A DNA stretch of 64,000 nt, taken from contig NC_081379.1 in the NCBI RefSeq assembly GCF_030684315.1, forward strand, positions 45,465,404 through 45,529,403, written 5' to 3'. This DNA is from Stegostoma tigrinum (lineage: Eukaryota). The position numbers and the translations under genes were made by a program. The first letter of the stretch is position 1. Every line of letters starts with the position of its first letter. The notes under the pieces were generated by a model. It was not told the origin of the DNA. It made no database searches and saw nothing but the letters and a program-made list of their open reading frames with translations. Positions 22,650 through 35,894 of the stretch are shown piece after piece.

Positions 22650-24262
22650 GTCGGATGAAAACTGCCAGGATTAGTGATGGCTTGTCATCTGAGGAGCAGT
22701 TGAGGACTCTGGGTCTCTTCTCGATGGAGGTTAGAAGGATGTATTTGATAAGGTTCCCCATGGAAGGCTCATTCAGAAGGTCAGGAGGAATGGGATACAG
22801 GGGAACTTAGCTGCTTGGATACAGAATTGGCTGGCCAACAGAAGACAGCGAGTGGTAGTAGAAGGAAAATATTCTGCCTGGAAGTCAGTGGTGAGTGGGG
22901 TTCCACAGGGCTCTGTCCTTGGGCCTCTACTGTTTGTAATTTTTATTAATGACTTGGACGAGGGAATTGAAGGATGGGTCAGCAAGTTTGCAGACGACAC
23001 AAAGGTCGGAGGTGTCGTTGACAGTGTAGAGGGCTGTTGTAGGCTGCAGCGGGACATTGACAGGATGCAGAGATGGGCTGAGAGGTGGCAGATGGAGTTC
23101 AACCTGGATAAATGCGAGGTGATGCATTTTGGAAGGTCGAATTTGAAAGCTGAGTACAGGATTAAGGATAGGATTCTTGGCAGCGTGGAGGAACAGAGGG
23201 ATCTTGGTGTGCGGATACATAGATCCCTTAAAATGGCCACCCAAGTGGACAGGGTTGTTAAGAAAGCATATGGTGTTTTGGCTTTCATTAACAGGGGGAT
23301 TGAGTTTAAGAGTCGTGAGATCTTGTTGCAGCTCTATAAAACTTTGGTTAGACCGCACTTGGAATACTGCGTCCAGTTCTGGGCGCCCTATTATAGGAAA
23401 GATGTGGATGCTTTGGAGAGGGTTCAGAGGAGGTTTACCAGGATGCTGCCTGGACTGGAGGGCTTATCTTATGAAGAGAGGTTGACTGAGCTCGGTCTCT
23501 TTTCATTGGAGAAAAGGAGGAGGAGAGGGGACCTAATTGAGGTATACAAGATAATGAGAGGCATAGATAGAGTCGATAGCCAGAAACTATTTCCCAGGGC
23601 AGAAATGGCTAGCACGAGGGGTCATAGTTTTAAGCTGGTTGGTGGAAAGTATAGAGGGGATGTCAGAGGCAGGTTCTTTACGCAGAGAGTTGTGAGAGCA
23701 TGGAATGCGTTGCCAGCAGCAGTTGTGGAAGCAAGGTCATTGGGGTCATTTAAGAGACTGCTGGACATGCATATGGTCACAGAAATTTGAGGGTGCATCC
23801 CTGAGGATCAATGGTCGGCACAACATTGTGGGCTGAAGGGCCTGTTCTGTGCTGTACTGTTCTATGTTCTATGTTCTATGTGGGGCATGACACTTACAGA
23901 ATACTGAGAGGCTTGGATAGAGTGGATGTGACGAAGATGTTTTCCACTAGTAGAAGACAAAAGGACCCAAAGACACAGCCCCAAATGAAGGGACAACCCT
24001 TTAGAACTGAGTTGAGGAGGAAATTTTTCAGTCCTAGAGTGATGAATCTGTGAAACTTACTGCCACAGCGGCTGTGGAAGTCAAGTCATCGAGATTATTT
24101 AAGAGAGAGATAGACAGGTTCTTGATTGATAAGGGTCTGAAAGGTTTTTGGGGGAAAACAGGAGAAAGGGGCTGAGAAACATACCAACCATAATCGAAAG
24201 GTGGAGCAGAGTCGATGGGTCGAATGGCCTAATGCTGCTCCTATAGCTCATGGTCTTACAAT
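22650..24262 (+). mobile_element. Older CR1 3' fragment split by the young CR1 (pieces 22650-22742 and 23880-24262)
   Basis: LRTLGLFSMEVRRM before the insertion continues as TYRILRGLDRVD after it; short ATGT duplication at the junctions. Confidence 0.75.
22742..23880 (+). mobile_element. Young 5'-truncated CR1 LINE with an uninterrupted RT C-terminal frame
   Basis: Open frame from FDKVPHG (22744) to the stop at 23790, with GVPQGSVLGP, FADD and LVRPHLEYC; tail (tctatgt)n. Confidence 0.97.
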
Positions 24263-24429
24263 TAGGAAATGGTGTTTGGAACAGGGACAGAAAACAATGG
24301 CTTCAGTCTTCCTAATAATTAATGTAATTTAATTATTTAATTAGAGGAATAGGTTAAAAATTCTCCAGACATTAATGGATGTTTTATTATTTAATTAAAT
24401 AGGCAGATAATTCTTCAGTATCTGCAATA

Positions 24430-24855
24430 TAACTGTAGGAGGTTCTGCTATAATCTGTGTTCTGGCAACACAAATTGCTTATAACATGACTGACGAATAG
24501 GGGAATGCTATTTCTAAAATGCAAACTTGTTTTGGCTATAAAGGAATTCTATCAGTGACCTTATTGTTGATGTTTTTAGACAGTATTGCAGGAAAAAGAA
24601 TTTGGGTATCAAGATTCTCCTCTTCCTGGATAATGCGCCAAGACATCCCCAGACCATGGATGAGCTTTCTGAAAACATTAAAGTGCTATTTCTACACCCA
24701 GACATCACCCCTTTCCTTCAACCCATTGACCAGGGTACAATAGCAGCTTGTAAAGCTTATTATTTAAGTCACACGTTTAAGGGGCTGATTACAGCTGCTG
24801 AGGGCGATAAAGACAGCGTTCTTCAATTTTTGAAGAGCTTTACTCTCCTAGCTCT
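24430..24855 (+). mobile_element. Tigger/pogo (Tc1-mariner superfamily) DNA transposon remnant with a DDE transposase fragment
   Basis: KILLFLDNAPRHP...IKVLFLHPDITPFLQPIDQGTIAACKAYY (DDE_1/CENP-B-like motifs); TIR-like ggttctgctataa at ~24440. Confidence 0.85.
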
Positions 24856-24859
24856 CTTT

Positions 24860-25505
24860 GATGATGATTGATTTTATTGTCATGTGCACCGAAATACAGT
24901 GAAAAGCTTTGTTTACGAGCAATATGGGCAGATCACTACAAGCAAAGGATGTACAGATCAAAAAGACTTAGAGGCATTCAGGTTACATTACTTGAGGCTA
25001 GAGTCAATTCAACAGCCTGATAATGGCCAGAAATAAGCCGTTCATGAACCTGCTTGTATGTATGTTCAGGCTTCTGTATCTTCTGCCTGATGGAGGAGAT
25101 TGCAGGAGGTCAATACCAGGGTCTTTGATGATGTTGGTCACCTTTCTGTGGCAGTGAGCCATGTAAATAGAGTCCATGGATGGAAGTTTAGCTTCCGTGA
25201 TGGTTTGGGCTGTACACACCACCTTCTGTAGTTTCTTATGGCCCTGGGCACAGCAGTTGCCGTACCAGGCCATTATGCACCTGGACAGTACACTTTCAAT
25301 GGTGTATCTGTAGAAGTTGGTGAGGGACCTTGTAGACATACCAAATTTCCTGAGCCTCCTGAGGAAGAAGAGGTGTTGATGTGCTTTCTTGATTGTTGCA
25401 TTTATGTGGGAAGTCCAGGACAGGTCATCGGTTATTGTCACTTGGAGGGTTTTGATGCTCATCGTTCCCTCCACCCCAGTTCCATTGATGTAGACAGGGC
25501 AATGT
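24860..25505 (-). mobile_element. Rex1/Babar-type LINE 3' fragment
   Basis: ORF 25004..25474 has DLSWTSHI...KKAHQHLFFLRRLRKFG...FYRYTIESVL...LPSMDSIY...PSGRRYRSL; AATAAA and (ATC)n tail on the minus strand. Confidence 0.85.
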
Positions 25506-25534
25506 AGTAATTAAATAGTCATTACACACATATT

Positions 25535-25810
25535 CATTGACTTGGCCACCTCACCTTTCTGTGGCTGAAATTCCATCAGTTCACTGCTGCCTGAGTGAAG
25601 AAATTTCTCTTCATCTCACTCCCAAATGGCCTACCCTGTATCTTATCCCTTGCTCTGGACCTCTCATTCAGTGGCCAAAGGAAACATCATCCTTGCCTTC
25701 AGCCCTACGAGAATTTCGTATGCTTCACAATCCTTGCTCATTCTTCTAAGCTCCAGTGAATATAAACCCATTGTCCCCAGTCTGTCCCCATATGACATGC
25801 CTGGTGAGCC
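25535..25810 (-). mobile_element. CR1 3' fragment
   Basis: Peptide GMSYGDRLGTMGLYSLELRRM. Confidence 0.7.
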
Positions 25811-26589
25811 TAGAAAATTCTGCGTACTGTTTTTAAACAATGTTTGCTGTAAAGCTATAAAGGGACATGGGAAGCAAAAGACGACACACATTCCTATTTG
25901 AAATTCATCATAGAACAATTGAATTATTCATCTTAAAGGAGTCCATTCAATCCATTCCCACGTCATCCTTTTGAAAGAGCAATCTGATTTGTTGTTTTCC
26001 CATAGCCCCATGATTTTTTTTCATTCCAGTACTCAGAAATTACTTCCCTTTTGTAAGTTACTAATAAACCTGCTTCCACCACGCATTCTCAGAGAATATT
26101 TCAGATCTTAACAAACTGTCACGGTGCTCCTGTGTTTACATTACTGGTAAGGAGCGACAGACCACAGGCACAGTGCTAAACAACAGCGCTATAAGGTTCA
26201 GAACCTAAGACTGGCAGTCAATTCTATAAGCCTCAGAAACCTAAAGTGTATAGAAACATTTCATTAACTATTTACTATCCTGCACAGTATGGCAAAATGG
26301 CAAAATAGTGCATTTTGCTCGTGGCCAAATGTTGAGCATTAATGAGCTGTTTAAGATATGATTGTCCTTCATGTTGAGGGAATAGCATAATTAGTAGTTC
26401 TCACATTCTCAGTATATCACTGTGATATAATATTGACTAGGCCATTATGGCCTAGATTTATTATAGACAGCCAGATAAAAGGAGGTTCTAGTTTTTACAT
26501 CTCAAGAATAAAAGAATCATAAGTTGGTTACAGAACAGAAGGGGGTTTTTGTAAGCTGTAAAAATATCTTTTCTCATATCATCTTTCTT

Positions 26590-27230
26590 ATGCTATTCAC
26601 CTTCAAGCAGTTTTCTGATTCTTGACCCTTCCACCAATGAAAACAATCTCTCCCTATCTGCATTATCTAAATCCTGCGTAATTTTGAACACGCCTATCAG
26701 ATTTTCTCCCAATGTTCTCTTCTCTAAAAGAAATAACCCACACATCATGCAACTGACGTTTCTCAATTGTGGACAGTTCTCACAGATCTTTTCTACAACC
26801 AAAAAAACTGTGGATGCTGTAAATCAGGAACAAAAACAAAATTGCTGGAAAAGCTCAGCAGGTCTGGCAGCATCTGTGAAGGAGAAAATAGAGGTAACAT
26901 TTTGGGTCTGATGACTTTGGTTTTTTACCTTTCTACAACCATTCTAAATCTGATGCAACCTCTCCAGAGTGAAACTCAGAACCGTACACAATGTTTAAGT
27001 TGAGCCTGAACCAATGTTAGTGAAGAAAAACTGAAAGAATTGCAAATGCTGTTAATCAGAAACAAAAACAGAAATTGCTGGAAAAGCTCAGCTGGTCAGG
27101 CAGCATCTGTGGAGAGAAATCAGAGTTAATGTTTCAGGTCAAATGACCCTACCACAGAACTCTCTCCTCATGGTTATTGTTTCTGTTTTTGTTGCAATGT
27201 TTGTAAAGTTTCATTGTAACCTATTTCCTT
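26590..27230 (-). mobile_element. CR1 fragment with two PLE-derived insertions (26802-26929 and ~27020-27195)
   Basis: GLFLLEKRTLGENLIGVFKI; the first insertion has the 12-bp TSD tttctacaacca at 26790-26801 and 26930-26941. Confidence 0.7.
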
Positions 27231-27289
27231 TTGACTCAATGCCTTTATTTATTAAGTTTAGGAACCCATATGCCCTTTAACAACATGCC

Positions 27290-28165
27290 TGGCTTCCTTT
27301 TTGATTCCCAATCAACCCCTTCCCCCTCTTCCAATACTACCATTTTACTGTTTATGTGTGTATGGAAGTTTTTTGGACTCCCTTTTATGTTAGCTGCCTG
27401 TCTCTTCTCTTTCTTTCCCTTTGCCTCTTTTTTCACTTTTACATTTCCTCTACAAAATTTCTAGAGTTAACCCGATTCTCCCTTGTATTATCAATCTGAT
27501 ATCTTTCAAATGTACCCCCTTCTTTTCTACACACTGTCTCATTAGCCATGGCAAGTTGGCTTTGCTTAATCTATCTTTCACCCTTGTGAGATGTATCTCC
27601 TCTCCTCTTTGAAGCCAGTCCATTTATCTGCTACAAATTTGTCTGCAAATCTTTGTTTCTGCTTACCAGGGGTGGATCTATTCCCACCCACTTAAATTGG
27701 CTCTCCCCAATGAATTACTTTTATCCAAAATTGCTTCTTGTACTGTTCCATAGCAAAACCAAAGTAAAATGATGACACAATTTTAGTTGCCTAAATGTTC
27801 CCCTCTGACAATTAATTCACTTGACCTACCTCAGGACTAGATCCAGCAATGTTTCCTTACGGTTCCAGCTGCAGATGTACAGATCTAGAGAATTCTTTCA
27901 AGCATACTTCAGAAATTCTTCCCTCTCTCTGTCATGTACATTATTACTATACCAGGTATATTTGGAAAATTAAAGTTCCTTGTTGTATATACCATATGTG
28001 TTCTGCTTCACTCTAATTTCTGTAAAAAAAAAGTTCCTTAATGATTTTCCTGTGCATCAGTGACCTTTTGAATACACCTAGAATTATAATAATGTTTCTA
28101 TTTGTTTCTTAACTCAAACGTAAATATCGTTGTGCTGTCTATAGCATCGTCCTCTCCAGCTAGTA
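27290..28165 (-). mobile_element. Old CR1 ORF2 endonuclease-region remnant
   Basis: AANIKGSPKNFHTHINSK; reverse complement of cctaaatgttcccc gives GEHLG; similar to 29300-29950. Confidence 0.55.
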
Positions 28166-28169
28166 ATGA

Positions 28170-28990
28170 TTCTTTTTTTGTTCACACATGGGCCATGGGC
28201 GCTGCTGGCTGGCCAGCATTTATTGCTCGTCCCTAGCTGCCCTTGACAAGGTGTTGGTAAGCTGCCTTCTAGAACCACTGCAGTCCATGTGCTGTAGGTT
28301 GACCCACAATGTCTTCAGTGAGGGAATTCCAGGATTTTGACCCGGAGACAGTGATGGAAAGGTGATATATTCCCTAATCAGGATGGTGAGTGACTTGGAA
28401 GGGTGATAGTGCTACTCCCATGTATCTGCTGCCCTTGTCCTTCCAGATGGAAATGGTCCTAGGTTTAGAAAGTACTGTCATTGGTGAGTTTCTGCAGTGC
28501 ATCTTGCAGGTAGTACACACTGCTGCTACTGAGTGTCGGTGGTGGAGGGAGTAGATGCTTGTGGATGTGGTACCAATCAAATAGGCTGCTTTGTCCAGGA
28601 TGGTGTCAAGCTTTACCCATCCAGGAAAATGGGAAGTGTTCTATCGCACTCCTGACTTCTGCCTTGTAGATGGTGTTCAGGCTTTGGGAGTCAGGAGGTG
28701 CATTACTTGCCACAGTATACCAGTTGAGTTTCTGATCAATGGTAACTCCAAGGATGTTGATAGTTGGGGCTTCAGTGATATTAACACCATTGAATGACAA
28801 AGGGTGGTGGTTACATCCCTATTTCTGACCTTATGATGGAGGGAAGGACATTGACAAAGCAGCTGAAGATGAATGGCTAAGAAAATTACTCTGAGGAACT
28901 CCAGCAGTGTTGTCCTGGAGCTGAGATGACTGATCTCCAGCAACCACGACCATCTTCCCATGTGCCAGGTATAACTCCAACGATCGGAGA
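28170..28990 (-). mobile_element. Family B LINE 3' portion with internal deletions
   Basis: SLHHRHSVAAVCTTCKMHCRNSP; PTINILGVTIDQKLNW; AGVPQS; tail gcatttattgc. Confidence 0.85.
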
Positions 28991-28994
28991 GTTA

Positions 28995-30450
28995 TCCATG
29001 CTGCCCAGCTTTCACAATTAATGTAGTCCCATTTGCCTGCATTTGGCCCATATCCCTCCAAACCTATCCCATCCATGTACCCATCCAAATGTTTCTTAAA
29101 TGACAAAATTCCACTCACCTCACCTCTGGCAGCCCGTTCCAGACACTCACCCACCCTCTTAAGTTCATCCTTCAAGGAATTCGTTTGATCCCAGCAGCCT
29201 ATACATGTCATATGCCTTCTTCTTTTTCTTAACTAGGGCCTCAATAACTCTAGTCATCCAGGGTTACCTACTCCTGCCAGCCTTACCCTTCACTGTAGCA
29301 GCAAATCACTGGCTCTGAGCCCTCATTAACTTACTTTTGAAAGCCTCCCGCTTACCAAACATCCCTTTTCCTGAAAACAGTTTCTCCCAAACTACTTTTG
29401 AAAGTTCCTGTCTAATACAGTCAAAATTGGCCTTGTCCCAATTTAGAATTTTACCTTGTGGACCAGATCTAGCCTTTTCCGTAGCTATTTTAAAACTAAT
29501 GAAATTATGGTCACTGGTCGCAAAGTGCTCCCCCACTACCATTCCATCACTTGCCCTGCCTTATTTCCCAAAAGGATGTCAAATTTTGCTCCTTCTCCAG
29601 TAGGCTATCTACATACTGCATGAGAAATTCTTTCTGAACACACTTAATAAATTTACCTCCATGTAAGCGCTTAACACTATGGCAGTCCCAGTTGATGTTA
29701 GGAAATTTAAAACTCCCTACTTTTACAATCCTATTATTCTTGTAGCTATCAGCGATCTCCTTGCATAGTTGCTCCTCAATCTCCTGCTGATTACTGGTAG
29801 GCCTATAGTACAATGCTAATTTGAGGATCTCCCCCCCCCCCCCCCCCCCCCAATTTCATTTCTTGGTTCTACCCAAATAGAGTCAGTCGATGAACCCTCA
29901 AGAATATCTTCTCTCAGTACTGCAGTGATGTTCTCCCTAATGACAAATACAACTCCCCCTCCTCTTTTGCCTCCTTTCTATCCTTCCTATAGCATCTGTA
30001 CCAAGAACTGTGAGCTGCCAGCCCTGTCCCTCCCTCAGCTATGTTCCTGTAATAGCTATAATGTCCCCGTCTCATGAACCCATCCATACCCTAAGTTCAT
30101 TTGCCTTAATGTCAGACTCATTGAAATGAAAGCAGTTTAACCCAGTCTTCCCTTGCTTCCTGCCAGGCTCTTGCCTGCTCTGTCTAGTACTAGGATTACC
30201 AAAATGGCCTTTCCTATTTAACTTGCTCTCATTAACTTCTGTACTGTCCTCAACCTTCTCCTCTGCTTTGAATCCCACTCCCTGCCAGACTAATTCAAGC
30301 CCTTGTGAGTAGCTCTAGCAAATCTCCCCAACAGGATATTGCTCCCCCTCCAGTGCTGGTACAACCCATCCCACTTGTACAGGTCACCTCTAACACAGAA
30401 GAGATCCCAATGATCCAAGAATCTGAATAACTGCCCTACCACATAGTTCC
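28995..30450 (-). mobile_element. CR1 fragments: 3' end (28995-29160) abutting the endonuclease and ORF1-end region (29160-30450)
   Basis: KKHLDGYMDGIGLEGYGPNAGKWD; VGEHFATSDHNFISF; YYRPTS...FKFPNINWD. Confidence 0.8.
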
Positions 30451-31084
30451 TCCGAGGATTGTGTTTCATTCAAGACTGAATGGCAGACAAATAGACTGAG
30501 ATTCAGATGAGGGACTAAGTTGAGGTTCTGATAAAGTGGAATGGACCGTGGCCAGTGTATGTATACATTTTCAGATCATATTACCAAAAGGCAAACAAGA
30601 GATTAATTCCTTGGAGGTTCCAGGGGTCAAAAATGTTGCAGAAGTGCGCTATGAATGGAAAGGTAACATGGGAAACAAAAGACACAGTGATACTGAACCA
30701 GACATTAGAAGCAAATGGTGTGGGTTGACTGAAGAGGAAAGTGAGTTTGTGTTAGGGTGGTAGGCTGCAAGGAGAGGAGACAAAGGGTCTGATTTTGGAT
30801 AGACGTTTGATGGCAGTCATTTTGAAAAACAAAGGGGCAGATCCTGAGGAGTAGGAACTATTACAATGTCAGGCAACATGAGATAAGGCAGGGAGGACAT
30901 TTGTGGCCAACAATTTAGTGAGACGTGTGCAGATATACAATTGGTATTTTGTTTATTGTGGGTTTGTTGAGGTTCAATTGGTAGCATTCTCTCGGCCAGA
31001 ATCTCCAGGTTAAATCCTCCCCACAGGACTTGTGGCCAGGAATTGTCATAATGTAGCTAAACAGATTGACCGAGCAGTAAACTG

Positions 31085-32839
31085 CCAGAAAAACTGCACT
31101 GAATCAGAGAAAATGGGTGACATTCTTAACGAGTACTTTGCATCGGTATTCACCAAGGAGAGGGACATGACCGATGTTGACGTTAGGGATAGATGTTTGC
31201 TTAGTCTAGGTCAAGTTGACATAAGGAAGGAGGAAGTGTTAAAAGACATTAAGGTGGACAAGTCCCCAGGTCCGGATGGTATCTATCCCAGGTTACTGAG
31301 GGAAACGAGAGAGGAAATAGCCGGGGCCCTAACAGATATCTTTGCAGAGTCCTTAGACATGGGTGAGGTCCTGGAGGATTGGAGACTTGCTAATGTTGTC
31401 CCGTTGTTTAAAAAGGGCAGCAAGGATAATCCAGGTAATTATCAACCGGTGAGCTTGACGTCAGTGGTAGGGAAGCTACTGGAGAAGATACTGAGGGATA
31501 GGATCTACACCCATTTGGAAGAAAATGGGCTTATCAGTGATAGACAACATGGTTTTGTACAGGGAAGGTCATGTCTTAAAAACTTAATAGAATTCTTTGA
31601 GGACGTGACAAAGTTGATTGAGGGAAAGGCTGTCGATGTCATATACATGGACTTCAGTAAGGCGTTTGATAAGGTTCCCCATGGCAGGCTGATGGAGAAA
31701 GTGAAGTCACATGGGGTCCAGGGTGTGCTAGCTAGATTGATAAAAAAAAACTGACTGGGCAACAGGAGACAGAGGGTAGTAGTAGAAGGGAGTTTCTCAA
31801 ATTGGAGACCTGTAACCTGTGGTGTTCCAGGGATCTGTGCTGGGACCACTGTTGTTTGTGATATATGTAAATGATCTGGAGGAAGGTGTAGGTGGTCAGA
31901 TCAGCAAGTTTGCAGATGACACTAAGATTGGTGGAGTAGCTGACAGTGAAGGGGACTGTCAGAAATTACAGCAGAATATAGATAGACTGGAGAGTTGGGC
32001 AGATAAATGGCAGATGGAGTTCAATCCGGGCAAATGCAAGGTGATGTCTTTTGGAAGATCAAATTCAAGGGCGAACTATACAGTAAATGGAAAAGTCCTA
32101 GGGAAAATTGATGAACAGAGAGATCTGGGTGTTCAGATCCATTGTTCCCTGAAGGTGCTAACGCAGGTCAATAGGGTGGTCAAGAAGGCATACGGCATGC
32201 TTTCCTTCATTGGGCGGGGTATTGAGTACAAGAGTTGGCAGGTCATGTTGCAGTTGTATAGGACTTTGGTTCAGCCACATTTGGAGTACTGTGTACAGTT
32301 CTGGTCGCCACATTACCAAAAGGATGTGGATGCTTTAGAGAGAGTACAGAGGAGGTTCACCAGGATGTTGCCTGGTATGGAGGGTGCTAGCTATGAAGAG
32401 AGGTTGAATAGACTAGGATTATTTTCATTAGAAAGACGGAGATTGAGGGGGGACCTGATTGAGGTCTACAAAATCATGAGGGCTATAGACAGGATGGATA
32501 GCAAAAAGCGTTTTCCCAGAGTGGGGGACTCAATTACTAGGGGGCATGAGTTCAAAGTGAGAGGAGGAAAGCTTAAGGGAGATATGCATGGAAAGTTCTT
32601 TACACAGGGGGTGGTGGGCGCCTGGAACGCGTTGCCAGCGGAGCTGGTAGATGCAGACATGTTAGTGTCTTTTAAGAAATATTTGGACGGGTACATGGAT
32701 GGGCAGGGAACAAATGGACACAGACCATTAGAAAATAGATGACAGGTTAGATAGTGGATCTTGATCGGCGCAGGCTTGGAGGGCCGAAGGGCCTGTTCCT
32801 GTGCTGTAGGTTTCTTTGTTTCTTTGTTTCTTTGTTTCT
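31085..32839 (+). mobile_element. Young 5'-truncated CR1 LINE; RT frame disrupted near 31745-31830
   Basis: ORFs 31032..31754 (KSPGPDG, YMDFSKAFDKVPH) and 31819..32742 (QGSVLGP, FADD); tail (tttctttg)n. Confidence 0.96.
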
Positions 32840-33684
32840 AAATACTTCTGTTACGTAAATGGCAGACTGTAAGTATGGGACAGTTTCTTGGTCAGCCAGA
32901 CCATGTGGTAACTGAAAAATAACAGCCTCCCAAGGTTAAAAAACTCTATGTACAGGATTTTGCCAAAAGCATGTGCCATCCTCATTCTGAGGGACTACCA
33001 TACAGATGAATGTTTATTATTCATATACATGTATGCCTGGGTATTTGTAGATAAATATTTAGATAAAATGGCTACGAGTTACTACGTTATATTATATCCA
33101 GCTCTTGGATAGACACCAGAACAGTAAACAGCTTGAATGTGATTATTTAGATGCCTGGAGATGAAAAACATTCAAATGATTTTGTCGTTGTGAGTAGCTG
33201 CTGGAGACACAATGATGTTGTTTCGGTGTAGTTATTGAACCTGTGGGGTTTGTCTGTGCTGCACTCGATATTTCGGTTATGAAACTCACTGGATATTTCC
33301 CATTTGTGATTTCTGATAACTGTTTGCAATATAAAAGAAAATACTATCGTACGATGAAAACAGATTGAACACACTGAAGGTAATGACTGTGATCTAACAA
33401 GGCGATGAACGTACTGGAAGCCTAAAAGATAGCAAACCAACTCCACTATTACAACTGTTTCAAAGCAAAAAGCCTTGTTTGGATGTAATGGAGGTAAAGA
33501 TTCCATTAACTTCAAAAAAGTTTTGGACTGCAAATAATGAGGATCAACTTGATAAAAGGTTCCCAGGCAATTTTTTAAAAATAAGAAACTTTTGCACACA
33601 ACATTCCTTGTCTGCCATTTTCTAGACAATGTGTAAAGTGAATGGTTTATGGTGATGGGAAAGTTCACCTGTTTGCATCATTTA

Positions 33685-33715
33685 CTGCATTTATTGCTGA
33701 GCAGCAGATGGTGCC
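33685..33715 (+). promoter_or_regulatory. Candidate CTCF site
   Basis: GCAGCAGATGGTGC at 33701-33714 versus consensus CCASYAGRKGGCRS, with an upstream TGCA module. Confidence 0.35.
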
Positions 33716-34217
33716 TATTCATCTGAAGATCAAAGCGGTTGCTCAGAAGTGTAGCAAGAGATGAAGAAAGTCGATGTGCATGAAATACTAAAACACTGCT
33801 GAAGCATAGAGCTTCTCCCGGATCAAAGGATAACAGGTAAAGGTGATTGAAAGCACACAGAGAAAACTAGGTTTAGATTGTGGTGAATATAAAACCCAGT
33901 TGGAATGCTACTTTTTAATAAATATATTCAAAGTAATAGCTATTTTGAAAACATGAGAATTCCTGAAGGATCAAGAGAAGGGCACCATATTGACAGGCCA
34001 AAGATGATAGATATTTGAGACAACTCCTTTACACTCTCAGAGTAGAAACTGCAAACTATCATCTGAATACAGAGATGAACTTTTCAGAAGAGACAAGGAA
34101 GTTTGAACAATACTGAATGTTAAAGAACATTAAAAAAGAGGTCAAGTCACCAGGCTCAGGTAGAATGCACACTAAAATGCTGACAAGGCCAAAACTAATA
34201 GCAATTTTTGTTTCAAA

Positions 34218-35620
34218 ATTCATTCAAGGGATCAGAGCATCACCAGCCAGGCAGCATTTATTGCCCATCCCCAATTGCCCAGAGGGCAGTTAAGAGTCAA
34301 CCACATTGCTGTGGGTCTGGAGTCACGTGTAGGCCAGATCAGGTAAGGATGGCAGTTTCGTTCCCTAAAGGACATGAGTGAACCAAATGGGTTTTTCCAA
34401 CAATTATGGTCATCATTAGACTTTTAATTCCAGATTTTCTTTTAAACTGTTTTCAAACTCCGTCATCTGTCCTGGTGGAATTTGAACCCAGGCTCTCAGA
34501 ACATTCCTGACGTATCATCCCATTAACCTCAGGATTCAACGCATCATTCTCCGCCACTTCTGCCACCTGCAATCTGACCCCGCTACAAAGGATATATTTC
34601 CCTCTCCCCCTTATCTGCCTTCCAGATGGACCGCGGTCTCCATGACTCCCTCGTCTGCTCCACACTCTCCACTAGCCCCACCACCCCTGGCACTTTTCCC
34701 TGCAACTGCAGGAAGTGCTACACCTGCCCCTACACCTCCCCACCCCCCGTCACCCCCAACCCAAGCCCCAAGAAAGCCTTCCACATTAAACAGATGTTCA
34801 CCCGCACATACCTGCTGTTCCCAAAGTGGCCTCATCTACATTGGGGAGACCAAGTGGAGGCTTGGAGACCGCTTTGTGAAACACCTACGCTTGGTTCCCG
34901 ACAAATCACAACACCTCCCAGCCGTGAACCACTTCAACTCCCCCTCCCACTCCCTGGATGACATGTCCATCCTGGGCCTCCTCCGGTTCACAATGATGCC
35001 ACATGAAAACTGGAGGAACAGCACCTCATATTCCGCCTTGGAATCCTACAACCCAATGGTCTCAATGTGGACTTTACGAGCTTCAAAATCTCCCCACCCC
35101 CGACCTCATCCCAAGACCAGCACCCCCTCTCGCCCCCACTTCCCTGATTTGTCTGTCTTCCCTTCCACCTATCAGCTCCTCCCACCTCACTGACCAACCC
35201 CCACTTCCTACCTGCACTCACTTACTAGCTTCATCCCTGCCTCCTTGACCCGCCCCTCCATCCCTCACTGACTAACCCCCATCCCAACTCCCTGCCTATA
35301 CTGACCTTTCCTGGCTGCATCCCCAAACCTTGACCTGTCTGTCTTCTCTCTACCTATCTGCTCCACTATCCACCTTCTATCCCCCTCTCTCTATTTATTT
35401 CAGAACCCCCTTCCCCTCCCCGATTTCTGAAGAAGGGTCCAGACCCAAAACGTCAGCTTTCCTGCTCCTCTGATTTTGCCTGGCCTCCTGTTTTATCCAG
35501 CTCTACACCTTGTTATCTCAGACTCCAGCATTGGCAGCTCCTACTATCTCTCCCAGAACATTATCTGGGTCTCTGGATTAACAGTCCAGTGATAATACCA
35601 CCAGGCCATCACCTCCCCAA
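34218..35620 (-). mobile_element. tRNA-derived SINE with a family-B LINE tail, split by a PLE insertion
   Basis: Pieces 34218-34505 and 35551-35620 join into an element homologous to 51722-52057. Confidence 0.8.
34506..35550 (+). mobile_element. Penelope-like element (Neptune-type) 3' part: Cys-rich linker, GIY-YIG endonuclease and terminal repeat
   Basis: GTFPCNCRKCYTCPY; CSQSGLIYIGETKWRLGDRF; NHFNSPSH; LEEQHLIFRLG...PNGLN after a frameshift; TSD tc(t/c)cagaacatt at 34494-34505 and 35551-35562. Confidence 0.9.
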
Positions 35621-35894
35621 TTCATAGTGATTAAACCATTACTGTCCCTTATGCTGGCCATTTTCCTGATCCAGCCTTTACATCCACTCTCTTAACTACC
35701 ATAAGCCCAGGGTCTTTAAATTTGATGGGATTTGTCAGTCAACTGGTTTAGCCATTCACTGCCCGATCTGGTGAGATTCTGTTCGGTCTTTGTCCCATCT
35801 GCTGATGTTACTCAATAGTAAAGAATCTCTCCAAAGTGCTTGAATGTCTCAGATTTGAGTTAATCTGACCTGGATCTCCATATTTAAATCCCTC

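Noticed and set aside
22773-23358. Antisense ORFs over CR1 (also 48063..48545 and 31505..31849)
   Set aside because: Shadow frames of the LINE RT coding sequence.
22852-23790. Host gene or autonomous RT gene (also 47886..48881 and 31819..32742)
   Set aside because: These are 5'-truncated CR1 ORF2 pieces lacking the endonuclease, the N-terminal RT motifs and a promoter. Open frames reflect young age.
24602-24871. Domesticated TIGD or CENP-B-like gene
   Set aside because: Only a short DDE fragment is present, truncated by a Rex1/Babar insertion, with no HTH domains or long ORF.
29831-29851. 21-nt poly-C run as a functional G-quadruplex
   Set aside because: It lies in a decayed CR1 and is best explained by slippage or homopolymer sequencing error.
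33141-33370. Endogenous viral US22-like or piggyBac transposase remnant on the plus strand
   Set aside because: The similarity is limited to a few residues among many stops and cannot be supported without a profile search.
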